From the NCBI GenBank assembly GCA_046758705.1, contig JBHIAT010000018.1, positions 1 through 33,656 of the forward strand: a stretch of DNA of 33,656 bases. Reading direction: 5' to 3'. The notes beneath the pieces were generated by a model. That model searched no databases. It saw only the letters and a program-made list of their open reading frames with translations, and was not told the origin of the DNA. Source of the stretch: Candidatus Bipolaricaulia bacterium (lineage in GTDB: Bacteria > Bipolaricaulota > Bipolaricaulia > JBHIAT01). The translations under genes and the position numbers were made by a program. Numbering within the stretch: position 1 is the stretch's first letter; each line of letters opens with the position of its first letter. Shown here piece by piece: positions 18,609 to 27,886 of the stretch.

Positions 18609-19556
18609 ATGAAACGCCAGAGCGTGAGCGTAAAAACCAACAGAAAACTGACTGAAAGAAAGCCGGAGTGGCTTAAGGTCAGACCCCCATCTGGCCAGAA
18701 CTTCCATCACATCAAGCGGGCGTTGTGGACGTACAACCTGCACACCGTCTGTGAGGAGGCCCACTGCCCGAACATTGGTGAGTGCTGGAGCGGCGGGACC
18801 GCCACCCTGATGCTGATGGGGGACACCTGCACCCGGGGCTGCCGGTTCTGCGCGGTCAAGACCGGAAATCCTCGCAGCCATCTCGATCCTCTGGAGCCGA
18901 TGAAGGTGGCCAAAACGGTCCGTGACTGGGGGCTCCGCTACGTGGTGCTGACCTCGGTCGACCGGGATGACCTGCCGGACGGTGGGTCCGGCCATTTCGC
19001 GACCACGGTTCGCATGATCAAGCGCGAGCATCCCGATGTGCTGATCGAGGTGTTGATCCCCGACTTCCAGGGTGATGTGGACGCGCTGGGCAAGATCGTG
19101 GCAGCGGAGCCGCAGGTCATCGCGCACAACGTCGAGACGGTCGAGCGGCTCACCCTACAGGTGCGCGATGTGCGGGCTAAATACCGCCAGTCGCTGGCCG
19201 TCCTGGAGCATATGAAACGGCTCAACCCGGAGATCTATACCAAATCCTCGTTGATGGTCGGCTTGGGTGAGACGGAGGCGGAGGTGCGGCAAACGATGCA
19301 TGACCTGCGAGAGGTCGATGTCGATATCCTCACCGTGGGCCAGTACCTCAGGCCGTCCCAACGGCACATCGAAGTGACCGAATACGTGCCACCGGAGCAG
19401 TTCGATCGTTACCGGCGGATGGGGGAGGAGTTGGGATTCCTGTATGTGGCCTCCGGGCCGTTCGTCAGGAGCTCTTATCGGGCGGGTGAGTTCTTCATCG
19501 AGCGCATTATAAGAGGGGAGGACCGGAATGGCAAAGCGCACCCCAGTCAAGGATGA
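18609..19556 (+). CDS. lipA: Lipoyl synthase
   Basis: KPEWLK, CEEAHCPNIGEC, CTRGCRFC, TSVDRDDL, HNVETV, RSSYRA. Start uncertain (18609 or 18624); the ORF-track start at 18567 lies inside the predicted promoter. Confidence 0.95.
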   Translation: MKRQSVSVKTNRKLTERKPEWLKVRPPSGQNFHHIKRALWTYNLHTVCEEAHCPNIGECWSGGTATLMLMGDTCTRGCRFCAVKTGNPRSHLDPLEPMKVAKTVRDWGLRYVVLTSVDRDDLPDGGSGHFATTVRMIKREHPDVLIEVLIPDFQGDVDALGKIVAAEPQVIAHNVETVERLTLQVRDVRAKYRQSLAVLEHMKRLNPEIYTKSSLMVGLGETEAEVRQTMHDLREVDVDILTVGQYLRPSQRHIEVTEYVPPEQFDRYRRMGEELGFLYVASGPFVRSSYRAGEFFIERIIRGEDRNGKAHPSQG

Positions 19557-20697
19557 GGCAAAAGCGAAAGCAGAAGCCGAAACTGAAGCCAAAGACAAGG
19601 ACAAGGACGAAGCAAAACGGATCGAGGGCGATTTAGAACTTCTCAGGGTCATCGGCGACGACGGTCAGGCCGATGAGCAGCTGGAGCCCAAGCTGAGCGA
19701 TAAGCAGCTTAAGGAGCTGTATCGCTGGATGGTGCTGGCGCGGACGTTTGACCAGCGGGCGTTGAACTTACAGCGTCAAGGACGGATGTACACCTATGCG
19801 CCGGTCAGCGGTCAGGAGGCGGCGCAGGTCGGGAGCGCTTACGCGCTGAAGTCGGAAGACTGGACCTTCCCGACCTATCGGGAGCATGCGGTCGCTATAG
19901 TCCGGGGGATCCCGCTGAAGGCCATTCTTCTGGTATGGATGGGCAATGAGGAGGGCAATCGCATCCCTGAGGACATCAACCACTTTACCCCCTCCGTCCC
20001 GATCGCCACCCAAATCGTTCATGCGGTCGGCGTCGCCTGGGCGGCCAAGCTGCGGGGCGACAAGGCCGTGACCCTCGCCTACTTTGGCGACGGGGCGACC
20101 TCCGAAGGGGATTTCCACGAAGGGGCCAACTTCGCCGGAGTGTTTAAGACGCCGACCGTCTTCTTCTGCCAGAACAACCAATACGCGATCTCCGTCCCCC
20201 GGGAACGGCAGACGGCCGCGGAGACGCTGGCGCAGAAGGCGAACGCCTATGGGTTTGAGGGGGTGCGGGTTGACGGCAACGATATATTGGCGGTCTACCG
20301 GGTGACTCACGAGGCGGTAGAGCAAGCGCGAGCCGGCGGAGGACCGACGTTGATCGAGGCGGTGACCTACCGGTTTGGCCCGCATACGACCTCCGATGAT
20401 CCCACCCGCTATCGTAGCGCCGAGGAATTGGAAGAATGGCAACAGCGACGGGACCCGATCGAGCGATTTCGCCGGTACCTGGAGGGGAAAGGGCTGTGGA
20501 GTGAAGCGTACCAGGAAGAGCTGGGCGAAGCGGTCAAGGCCGAGGTTGCGAACGCGGTCGAGGAGGCCGAAGCGGCTCCCAAACGGGATATCGAGGAGAT
20601 CTTCAAATATGTCTACGCCGAGATGCCCTGGATCTTGGAGGAGGAGCTCGACGCGTTCCGCAAGCTGCAGGAGCGATTCGGCACACACGAGGCATAG
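19528..20697 (+). CDS. pdhA: 2-oxoacid (pyruvate-type) dehydrogenase E1 alpha
   Basis: LQRQGR, GQEA, TPP-binding motif GDGATSEGD...NN, HTTSDDP. Substrate specificity cannot be determined from the sequence alone. Confidence 0.9.
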   Translation: MAKRTPVKDEAKAKAEAETEAKDKDKDEAKRIEGDLELLRVIGDDGQADEQLEPKLSDKQLKELYRWMVLARTFDQRALNLQRQGRMYTYAPVSGQEAAQVGSAYALKSEDWTFPTYREHAVAIVRGIPLKAILLVWMGNEEGNRIPEDINHFTPSVPIATQIVHAVGVAWAAKLRGDKAVTLAYFGDGATSEGDFHEGANFAGVFKTPTVFFCQNNQYAISVPRERQTAAETLAQKANAYGFEGVRVDGNDILAVYRVTHEAVEQARAGGGPTLIEAVTYRFGPHTTSDDPTRYRSAEELEEWQQRRDPIERFRRYLEGKGLWSEAYQEELGEAVKAEVANAVEEAEAAPKRDIEEIFKYVYAEMPWILEEELDAFRKLQERFGTHEA

Positions 20698-20715
20698 GAA
20701 TAAACAGGAGAAGAT

Positions 20716-21693
20716 ATGGTGAAGTTAAACCTCGTTCAGGCGATCAACCAGGCGTTAGAACAGGAGATGGCTCAGGATGATCGCGTTGTAATTTTGGGAG
20801 AGGACGTCGGGGTCAACGGCGGGGTGTTCCGGGTGACCGACGGCCTGATTGACAAATTCGGACCCGATCGGGTGATCGACACACCCCTGTCTGAGGCGGG
20901 AATCATCGGGACGTCGATCGGAATGGCGGTCTATGGACTTCGGCCGGTGCCGGAGATCCAGTTCATGGGATTCCTGGCCCCGGGGTTCGACCAGATCATC
21001 TCCCATCTGTCGCGGATTCGCTGGCGGTCACGGGGACGATTTACCGCACCGGTGGTGATCCGGGTGCCCTATGGAGGCGGCATTCGGGCTCTCGAGCACC
21101 ACTCAGAGAGCCTGGAGGCGATATACGTGCACACGCCAGGGATGAAGGTGGTGGTACCGTCGCGACCGTACGACGCGAAGGGGTTGCTGATCTCGGCGAT
21201 CCGGGACCCGGACCCGGTGTTGTTCATGGAGCCGAAGCGTATCTACCGGGCGTTCAAGGAGGAGGTGCCCGAAGAGCCCTACGAGGTGCCGATCGGAACG
21301 GCACGGGTTGTACGGGAAGGGGAGGATGTGACGGTGATCTCGTGGGGGGCAATGATGCGGGTGACGCTCGAGGGCGTGGAGCGTGTGGCCGAGCAAGGGA
21401 TCGACGCCGAGGTGATCGACCTCAGAACCATGATGCCGCTCGACATCGAGACGGTGCTGGCATCGGTGCAGAAGACCGGACGTGCCGTGGTGGTTCACGA
21501 GGCGCCGCGGACCGCCGGATTAGGAGCGGAGTTGTCAGCACGGATCGGAGAGCGGGCGTTGTTGTACCTGGAGGCACCGGTGGCACGGGTGGCTGGGTTC
21601 CACACCCCCACACCCCTGGCACAGATGGAGAAGGAGTACCTGCCCGATGCCAACCGCGTGGTCGATGGAATCGAGCAGGTGATGAACTTCTGA
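20716..21693 (+). CDS. pdhB: 2-oxoacid dehydrogenase E1 beta
   Basis: GEDVG..GGVFR, DTPLSE, EIQF, HHSES, IDLRT, VHEA. Confidence 0.92.
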   Translation: MVKLNLVQAINQALEQEMAQDDRVVILGEDVGVNGGVFRVTDGLIDKFGPDRVIDTPLSEAGIIGTSIGMAVYGLRPVPEIQFMGFLAPGFDQIISHLSRIRWRSRGRFTAPVVIRVPYGGGIRALEHHSESLEAIYVHTPGMKVVVPSRPYDAKGLLISAIRDPDPVLFMEPKRIYRAFKEEVPEEPYEVPIGTARVVREGEDVTVISWGAMMRVTLEGVERVAEQGIDAEVIDLRTMMPLDIETVLASVQKTGRAVVVHEAPRTAGLGAELSARIGERALLYLEAPVARVAGFHTPTPLAQMEKEYLPDANRVVDGIEQVMNF

Positions 21694-21731
21694 TGGTTGA
21701 TGGTTGATTTTATAAACAGCTGAGGGGGATA

Positions 21732-22976
21732 GTGATGGCGACCGAATTCAGACTGCCGGACGTCGGAGAAGGAATCGCCGAGGGAGAGATCGTGAAGTGG
21801 TTGGTTGAGGAGGGACAAACGATCGAGGAGGATCAGCCGTTGGTCGAGGTGATGACCGACAAGGCGACGGTGGAGATCCCCTCGCCCGTTGGAGGGACGG
21901 TGCTCAAGCGGATCGGTGACGAGGGGGATATCGTCGAGGTGGGATCGGTGCTGGTGGTGATCGGCGAGCCGGGCGAGGAGTCGGCACCGACACCCGACGG
22001 TAAGGCCGAGGCTGAGTCGGAAGCGAAGACCGCAGCTACAACCGCAACCCAGGCCGAGGCACCCACACCGGCACCGGCGAAGAAGCCGGGCCGGATCCTG
22101 GCGACCCCGGCGACCCGAAAGCTTGCCCGGGAGCTGGGCATCGATATCGCCCAGGTCGAGGGCACCGGTCCCGGCGGACGGGTGACCGATGACGATGTGC
22201 GTCGATTCGCCGAGGCCGGGGCCAAAGAACCGGTCGCCGTGTCGACGGAAGCCGTATCCGTAACCGCAGAGGAGCAGGAGGAACGGATCCATTTCCGTGG
22301 GTTGCGCCGCCGGATCGCTGAGCATATGGTGCGATCCATATACACCGCGCCCCACGTCACCCACATCGACGAGGTCGATATGACGGAGCTGGTGGCGCTC
22401 AGGACTCGGGTGAAGCCGCTCGCCGAGAGCCGGGGGGTCAAGCTGACCTACTTGCCGTTCATCATCAAAGCGCTGATTCCGGCGATGAAGGCATACCCAT
22501 ACGTCAACGCCTCCCTCGATGAAGAAAACGATGAGATCGTCGTGAAGCGCTATTACAACATCGGGATCGCCACGGCGACCGATGATGGACTGATCGTGCC
22601 GGTCATCAAAGCGAGCGACCACAAGAGCATCCTCGAGATCGCGGCCGAGATCGAACGGCTGGCCGAGAAGATCCGGGAGGGGAAGGTCGATCTGGAGGAT
22701 ATCCGCGGCGGGACGTTCACCATCACCAACGTCGGGTCGGTCGGAGGGGTCGTCTCGACCCCGATCATCAACTATCCGGAGGTGGCGATCCTCGGGGTCC
22801 ATCGCATCGAGAAGCGGCCGGTGGTCAAAGATAAGGAGATACAGGTACGGGATATGATGTATTTGGCCCTGTCCTTCGACCATCGGGTCTTGGACGGTGC
22901 GATCGCCGCCGCGTTCATCAACCGGGTCGTCAGCCATCTGGAGGATCCCGGTCTGCTGATGATGGAGATGGCCTAA
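21732..22976 (+). CDS. pdhC: Dihydrolipoamide acyltransferase E2
   Basis: Lipoyl domain TDKA, E3-binding domain ATPATRKLARE...GTGPGGRV, catalytic DHRVLDG. Confidence 0.92.
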   Translation: MMATEFRLPDVGEGIAEGEIVKWLVEEGQTIEEDQPLVEVMTDKATVEIPSPVGGTVLKRIGDEGDIVEVGSVLVVIGEPGEESAPTPDGKAEAESEAKTAATTATQAEAPTPAPAKKPGRILATPATRKLARELGIDIAQVEGTGPGGRVTDDDVRRFAEAGAKEPVAVSTEAVSVTAEEQEERIHFRGLRRRIAEHMVRSIYTAPHVTHIDEVDMTELVALRTRVKPLAESRGVKLTYLPFIIKALIPAMKAYPYVNASLDEENDEIVVKRYYNIGIATATDDGLIVPVIKASDHKSILEIAAEIERLAEKIREGKVDLEDIRGGTFTITNVGSVGGVVSTPIINYPEVAILGVHRIEKRPVVKDKEIQVRDMMYLALSFDHRVLDGAIAAAFINRVVSHLEDPGLLMMEMA

Positions 22977-22977
22977 G

Positions 22978-23250
22978 GTCAACGACCCGCCCCCTCAAGG
23001 GAGCGGGGTTGCAATGGCGATAGCAACGTAAGCATTGACTAGGAGGAGTTTGCGATACCAATGCAATGGCAATTGCAAACTAAACGCACTGTAGGCTATA
23101 AGGACGACGGAGTACACGACCTAGCTCCGCCCGCTCCGGCAGAATCGCTTAATGCCACGTCTGTCCACCGTCAAGGCAGTCGACAGACTAAGCCTGCTTT
23201 GCCCCTCGAAGGTCACTCAACAGGTCCACGGGAGCCTGGCCGTATACCGG
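22978..23250 (+). ncRNA. Probable omega-RNA scaffold of IsrB element 2
   Basis: Same 5' hairpin as element 1; GACTAGG near 23037 complementary to CCTAG near 23120; late CTCGAAGG motif. The 3' boundary is approximate. Confidence 0.55.
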
Positions 23251-24296
23251 CACTCATTCCCGTGCTCCACCAGGATGGTACCCCACTTACCCCTTGCAAA
23301 CCGGCCAAAGCCCGCAAGCTGCTGCGGGGTGGTGTCGCTGAAAAGCGCTGGAATAAGCTTGGTCATTTCTACATCCAGATGCGGGTCGAGACTGGCAAAC
23401 AGATCCCGGAGATGTGGTTGGCGGACGACCCCGGCTCGCAGTTTGACGGGATCGCAGTCGCTTCTCATCAGCGGGTTCAAACGACCGCCATGCTCGAATT
23501 GCCCAGCGGGATCGCCAAGAAGATGACCAACCGGAGACAACTCAGACGGGCCCGGCGGTATCGCAAATGTCGCAGGCGACCGAAGCGATTTGACAATCGC
23601 CACCGACCGGAGGGTTGGACAGCTCCCTCGCAGAAAGCCAAAGTGGACTTCCGGCTGAAGGTGATCGGTGAGCTCTATAAGCTCTATCCGATTGCTGGTG
23701 CTGTGGTCGAGGATGTGCGATTTAACCACTATCGCAACCGTTGGGGCAAGCACTTCTCCACGGTCGAGATCGGGAAAGCTTACTTCTATGCCGAGCTAAA
23801 GAAGCTCGGTCAGCTGAAGCTATACGCTGGCTGGGAGACGCAGGAAGAACGCGAGAGGCAGGGCTTGAAGAAAAGCAAGTCCAAGCGTAAGAGGACACCG
23901 GAGAGCCATGTGGTGGATGCGGTAGCGATGTTGTCCCGATGGCTAGGGACGGCTGACCTGCGCGTGCCCCAGTTCTGGGTGTTCAAGCGACCGAAATTGC
24001 GCAGGCGCAGCCTCCATGTTCAGAACCCGGCCAAGGGAGGGGTGCGACGGATGCATGGTGGGACAGTAGCCTTGGGCATCCGTAAAAACACGGTTTGTCT
24101 TTGGAGAGGGCAGCTGTACCGAACCGGGGGGTCAACGGGAGGCCGGCTGAGTTTGCACGATATGACGCTGGAGGCCAAGCGGGTGGTGCGGCACGCCAAA
24201 GTGGAGGAGTTAACATTGCTATTCAAGCAATCGATATTTGGAATGGAGGTGAAATACAAGCCTAACGGCTTGCAGCCAATACCTCTGTCCTCCTGA
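23061..24296 (+). CDS. isrB: IsrB RNA-guided nickase (no HNH), with possible N-terminal extension
   Basis: PLTPC (PLMP-like), DDPG, RRQLRRARRYRK, VVED, HVVD. Start uncertain; the conserved core begins near 23256. Confidence 0.85.
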   Translation: MQWQLQTKRTVGYKDDGVHDLAPPAPAESLNATSVHRQGSRQTKPALPLEGHSTGPREPGRIPALIPVLHQDGTPLTPCKPAKARKLLRGGVAEKRWNKLGHFYIQMRVETGKQIPEMWLADDPGSQFDGIAVASHQRVQTTAMLELPSGIAKKMTNRRQLRRARRYRKCRRRPKRFDNRHRPEGWTAPSQKAKVDFRLKVIGELYKLYPIAGAVVEDVRFNHYRNRWGKHFSTVEIGKAYFYAELKKLGQLKLYAGWETQEERERQGLKKSKSKRKRTPESHVVDAVAMLSRWLGTADLRVPQFWVFKRPKLRRRSLHVQNPAKGGVRRMHGGTVALGIRKNTVCLWRGQLYRTGGSTGGRLSLHDMTLEAKRVVRHAKVEELTLLFKQSIFGMEVKYKPNGLQPIPLSS

Positions 24297-24325
24297 GGGA
24301 GGACGGTCCTCTTGGCTGAACTTCT

Positions 24326-25747
24326 ATGGTCGTCGGGGATATCGCGGTTGGGACCGAGGTGCTGGTGATCGGGGCCGGCCCCGGTGGATACGTGGCCGCC
24401 ATCCGGGCCGCACAGCTCGGCAAGGAGGTCACACTCGTCGATGCGGATAAGCTCGGCGGCGTCTGCCTCAACTACGGCTGTATTCCCTCCAAGGCGCTGA
24501 TCACGGCGGCGCACTTCTTCGATCGGATCACCGCCTGGGGCGATCGGGGGATCGAGGTCGACGGGGTTCAGGTCAACTTCGAGAAGCTGCAGGCGTGGAA
24601 GGCCGGTGTGGTCAAGCGGCTGGTCTCAGGGGTCGACCAGCTCTGCAAGGGGAACAGCGTCGAGGTGATCTTCGGACGGGCATCGTTCACCGCCACGAAT
24701 CGAGCGCGGATCGAGATCGAAGCAGGGATCCAGCATATCGAGTTCAAGCACGCGATCATCGCGACCGGCTCGCGGTCGATCGAGCTGCCCGGGTTTGAGT
24801 TCGACGGGGAGCGAATCCTGAGCTCACGCCACACCTTGGATCTCGATGAGATCCCGGAACGGTTGCTGGTGATCGGGGGCGGGTATATCGGGTTGGAGCT
24901 TGGTGACACCTACGCCAAGCTGGGCAGTCAGGTGACGGTCATCGAGCTGACTGGTCAGCTGCTTCCCGGCACCGATCCCGACTTGGTCAAGGTCGTTGAA
25001 CGCCGTCTTAAGAAGGACGGCGTGACCGTCCATCTGAATACCCAGGCGACCGGCGTCGAAGATGAAGATCAGGAAGGGAGCATCCAGGTCACCGTTGCGC
25101 ACGATGAGCAGACCGAGACCCTGGAGGTCGATCGGGTGCTGGTGACGGTGGGCAGGCGGCCAAACTCCGAGGGGTTCGGTCTTGAGGAGATCGGCGTGGA
25201 GGTGGATGACCAGGGGTTCATCGTCGTCGATCAACAGTTGAGCACCTCGGTCCCCAGGATCTACGCCATCGGGGATGTGGCCGGGGGACCGATGCTGGCC
25301 CACAAGGCGAGCCATGAAGGGATCATCGCTGCTGAGGTGATCGCCGGGCTGCCGAGTGCGGCCGATTACGTGGCCGTCCCGGCGGTGATCTTCACCGACC
25401 CGGAGATCGCGACCGTGGGACTGACCGAGGCCCAGGCGAACGAGCAAGGCTATGAGACGATCACGGGCAGGTTTCCGTTCGCCGCGTTAGGGCGAGCGCT
25501 CACCACCGGAGAGACCGCAGGGTTCGTCAAGATCGTCGCCGACGCTGAGACCGAGGTGGTGCTCGGCGTGCATATCGTCGGTCCCGAGGCCTCCAACCTG
25601 ATCTCGGAGGCGACGTTGGCCCTGGAGATGGCTGCCACCGTTGAGGATCTGGCGCTGACGATCCATCCGCACCCCACCCTGCCCGAGAGTCTGATGGAAG
25701 CCGCAGAGGACGTCGTGGCCAAGGCGATCCACATCCTGAGGCGATGA
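24326..25747 (+). CDS. lpdA: Dihydrolipoamide dehydrogenase E3
   Basis: GAGPGG, GGVCLNYGCIPSK, GGGYIGLE, HPHPTLPE. Confidence 0.96.
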   Translation: MVVGDIAVGTEVLVIGAGPGGYVAAIRAAQLGKEVTLVDADKLGGVCLNYGCIPSKALITAAHFFDRITAWGDRGIEVDGVQVNFEKLQAWKAGVVKRLVSGVDQLCKGNSVEVIFGRASFTATNRARIEIEAGIQHIEFKHAIIATGSRSIELPGFEFDGERILSSRHTLDLDEIPERLLVIGGGYIGLELGDTYAKLGSQVTVIELTGQLLPGTDPDLVKVVERRLKKDGVTVHLNTQATGVEDEDQEGSIQVTVAHDEQTETLEVDRVLVTVGRRPNSEGFGLEEIGVEVDDQGFIVVDQQLSTSVPRIYAIGDVAGGPMLAHKASHEGIIAAEVIAGLPSAADYVAVPAVIFTDPEIATVGLTEAQANEQGYETITGRFPFAALGRALTTGETAGFVKIVADAETEVVLGVHIVGPEASNLISEATLALEMAATVEDLALTIHPHPTLPESLMEAAEDVVAKAIHILRR

Positions 25748-25751
25748 ACCG

Positions 25752-26426
25752 ATGTGGCTGCTCGACCTGGGAAGACAGGAGTATCGAGCCGTCTGGGAGC
25801 TCCAGAGGGAGTTGCTCCGCAGGCGTGCCGGCGAGGAGCTGCCGGATCTGCTGATCCTGGTTGAGCATCCCCACACCATCACCTACGGACGGAGCCTGCG
25901 ACAAGCCAGCGATCCGGTTCCTTTTCGGGATACGGTCCCCGTTTACGAAGTAGATCGGGGCGGCCAGGCCACCTACCACGGTCCCGGCCAACTGGTCGGC
26001 TATCCGATCATCAAGCTGGAGGGAGAGCGACGGGACCTGCATCGCTATCTGCGGGATCTCGAGGCGCTGTTGATCGGGGGACTCTCGGACTTCGGCATCC
26101 AGGCCGACAGGAGGACCGGATACACGGGCGTATGGGTGCCCCCCCTTCCAGAGTGGAGGAAGATCGCCTCCATCGGGGTTGGGGTCCGACAGTGGGTGAC
26201 CTATCACGGCTTCGCCCTCAACGTAACGACCGACCTCAATTACTTTCGGCTCATTGAACCGTGTGGCCTGGATGCTCGGCTGATAACCTCGATCGCACAG
26301 CTTGTCGGGGAAGTCGGGATGGATACGGTCAAGGATCGGGTGACCGTCTGGTTTGCGTCGGTCTTCAGGACGCAGCTTATCTCCGTCGAAGTAGCAGATG
26401 TGGCAGGAGATCTCGTAAAGCCCTAA
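25752..26426 (+). CDS. lipB: Octanoyltransferase
   Basis: EHPHTITYG, DRGGQATYHGPGQLVGYP, KIASIG, HGFALN, PCG. Confidence 0.94.
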   Translation: MWLLDLGRQEYRAVWELQRELLRRRAGEELPDLLILVEHPHTITYGRSLRQASDPVPFRDTVPVYEVDRGGQATYHGPGQLVGYPIIKLEGERRDLHRYLRDLEALLIGGLSDFGIQADRRTGYTGVWVPPLPEWRKIASIGVGVRQWVTYHGFALNVTTDLNYFRLIEPCGLDARLITSIAQLVGEVGMDTVKDRVTVWFASVFRTQLISVEVADVAGDLVKP

Positions 26427-26494
26427 GGAAAGGCGATTGAAGTGTTTTCATCCCGGGTTGCTGGCGAGCATCTTCTGGGATATCCGTTAGGGGC

Positions 26495-26523
26495 TTGCTT
26501 TCTGGGTCAAGTTCTGCTATGAT
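26495..26523 (+). promoter_or_regulatory. Sigma70-type promoter for the HU gene
   Basis: TTGCTT, 17 nt, TATGAT with an extended TGn. Confidence 0.6.
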
Positions 26524-26555
26524 AGGTGAAAAGATTTATACAAGGAGGTAGGACC

Positions 26556-26837
26556 ATGAACAAGGGAGAGCTTATCGACAGGCTCTACCAGCAGACGAGC
26601 AGCACCAAGGCTCAGGTTCGGGAGGTGATAGATTCATTCATCGACACGGTCCAAGCAGAAGTTGCCAGAGGGGGAAAAGTCCAGCTGGTCAACTTTGGAA
26701 CCTTTGAGCAGGCACATCGCAAGGCAACCACGAAGCGAAACCCTCAGACAGGGCAGCGGATTCGGGTTCCGGCAAAGGTGGTTCCTCGATTCAGAGCCGG
26801 CAAGGGGTTCGAAGAGAGGGTCCGCAGAGGTCGTTGA
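26556..26837 (+). CDS. hup: HU family DNA-binding protein
   Basis: MNKGELI, NFGTF, RNPQTG, PRFRAGK. RBS AGGAGG precedes ATG 26556. Confidence 0.92.
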   Translation: MNKGELIDRLYQQTSSTKAQVREVIDSFIDTVQAEVARGGKVQLVNFGTFEQAHRKATTKRNPQTGQRIRVPAKVVPRFRAGKGFEERVRRGR

Positions 26838-26887
26838 TTCGGAAGGTTCTCAATCTGAGAACCGGTAGCCAGTCATTAATAGTGATT

Positions 26888-26934
26888 GAGGTGTGAGGGG
26901 GTTCGGATCGACCGGACTCCCTCACATCTCTTTT
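26888..26934 (+). terminator. Intrinsic terminator after hup
   Basis: 19-bp stem (26888-26906 / 26912-26930, three G-U pairs), 5-nt loop, then TTTT. Confidence 0.75.
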
Positions 26935-26944
26935 CCTTCTCCCC

Positions 26945-27886
26945 ATGGATTTACTTCCTATCGAGGAGTTGTTGGATCAGGCGCGCCCCGGCTCACAGAT
27001 CTGGCGCCTGAGGGTCCGGGAGTTGGCCGATGGATCATTGTTAACGCTGCCCTGTGGCACGATCAGCGGCCCGGAACCCGGCCCCCGGGTCTGCATCTTG
27101 GCTGGACAGCACGGCAACGAGTGGAACGGGATCTACCTGATCCGCCGTCTCTACATCGCTCTTCAGGATCAACCGGTGCGCGGCACGCTGGTCCTATTGC
27201 CGGTAGTCCATCCGATGGCCTTCAACGAGCGAGAGCGGGTGGACAACCTCGATCAGGTCGATCTGAATCGCACTTACACTGTCCAAATCCCCCGAAAGCC
27301 CACCGAGCATCTCGGTCAAGCGCTGTACCGATTCATCTTCTCTCGCATGGATTACCTCATCGACCTTCATAGCGGGGGACCGGGGGAGTATCTTCCCCAT
27401 ATCATCGTCACCCCCCAAAACGATCTGAGCCTGCTGGCCTACATAGGGCTCCCCTATATCCATCGGGTGCGAGGCCTCAGTTATCATCATCTGACAGCCG
27501 TCTGTGCTGAGCACGGGGTGAACGCGTTCACGGTCGAGATCGGACAGGGTCGCCATCTGGATCATCGACATCTAGCTTCAGTCAAGGAGGGTTTGCTCAA
27601 CTTCTTGCGGGCCATCGAGCTATTGCCCGGTCCCGCGACGGCGGGGGAGGCGCCTCGAGTCTTTGTCGAAAAGCGGATCGTCTCCGCTCCTCATTCGGGA
27701 TTCTTCACCGCCAAGGTCGATTTAGGAACCCGGATCGAGGCCGGGGATCTGCTGGGCCATATCGAGCCGATCTTGGGAGGGACGGACATCCCTATCCCGG
27801 CGCCGTGCGGGGGGACGGTCCTTTACCTGCGTCGCCAACCCCCGGTCGGTGAGGGTGATAGCCTGGCTCACATCGTGTGCGACTGA
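26945..27886 (+). CDS. Succinylglutamate desuccinylase/aspartoacylase (M14-like) family amidohydrolase
   Basis: HGNE zinc motif, DLNR, IDLHSG, TVEIG, and a C-terminal barrel-sandwich-like domain. Confidence 0.88.
   Translation: MDLLPIEELLDQARPGSQIWRLRVRELADGSLLTLPCGTISGPEPGPRVCILAGQHGNEWNGIYLIRRLYIALQDQPVRGTLVLLPVVHPMAFNERERVDNLDQVDLNRTYTVQIPRKPTEHLGQALYRFIFSRMDYLIDLHSGGPGEYLPHIIVTPQNDLSLLAYIGLPYIHRVRGLSYHHLTAVCAEHGVNAFTVEIGQGRHLDHRHLASVKEGLLNFLRAIELLPGPATAGEAPRVFVEKRIVSAPHSGFFTAKVDLGTRIEAGDLLGHIEPILGGTDIPIPAPCGGTVLYLRRQPPVGEGDSLAHIVCD

Larger units (their letters stand above)
22978..24325 (+). mobile_element. IsrB (OMEGA) element 2, inserted between pdhC and lpdA
   Basis: Starts at GTCAACGACCCGCCCCCTCAAGGGAGCGGGGTTG, carries an isrB ORF, has a nested terminal hairpin (24273-24318), and ends just before the lpdA ATG. 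Confidence 0.85.

Noticed and set aside
19549-19620. Lys/Ala/Glu/Asp low-complexity run at the pdhA N-terminus as a repeat element
   Set aside because: In-frame and probably a disordered extension, with no regular DNA repeat unit.
19768-20688. 306-aa minus-strand ORF
   Set aside because: Antisense shadow of pdhA.
21495-22982. 495-aa minus-strand ORF with a Cys/Gly-rich stretch
   Set aside because: Antisense shadow of pdhC; the Cys run is the complement of the Ala/Thr linker, not a RiPP precursor.
26838-26934. tRNA or other ncRNA after hup
   Set aside because: Two simple hairpins with no cloverleaf or T-loop consensus; better explained as a terminator region.
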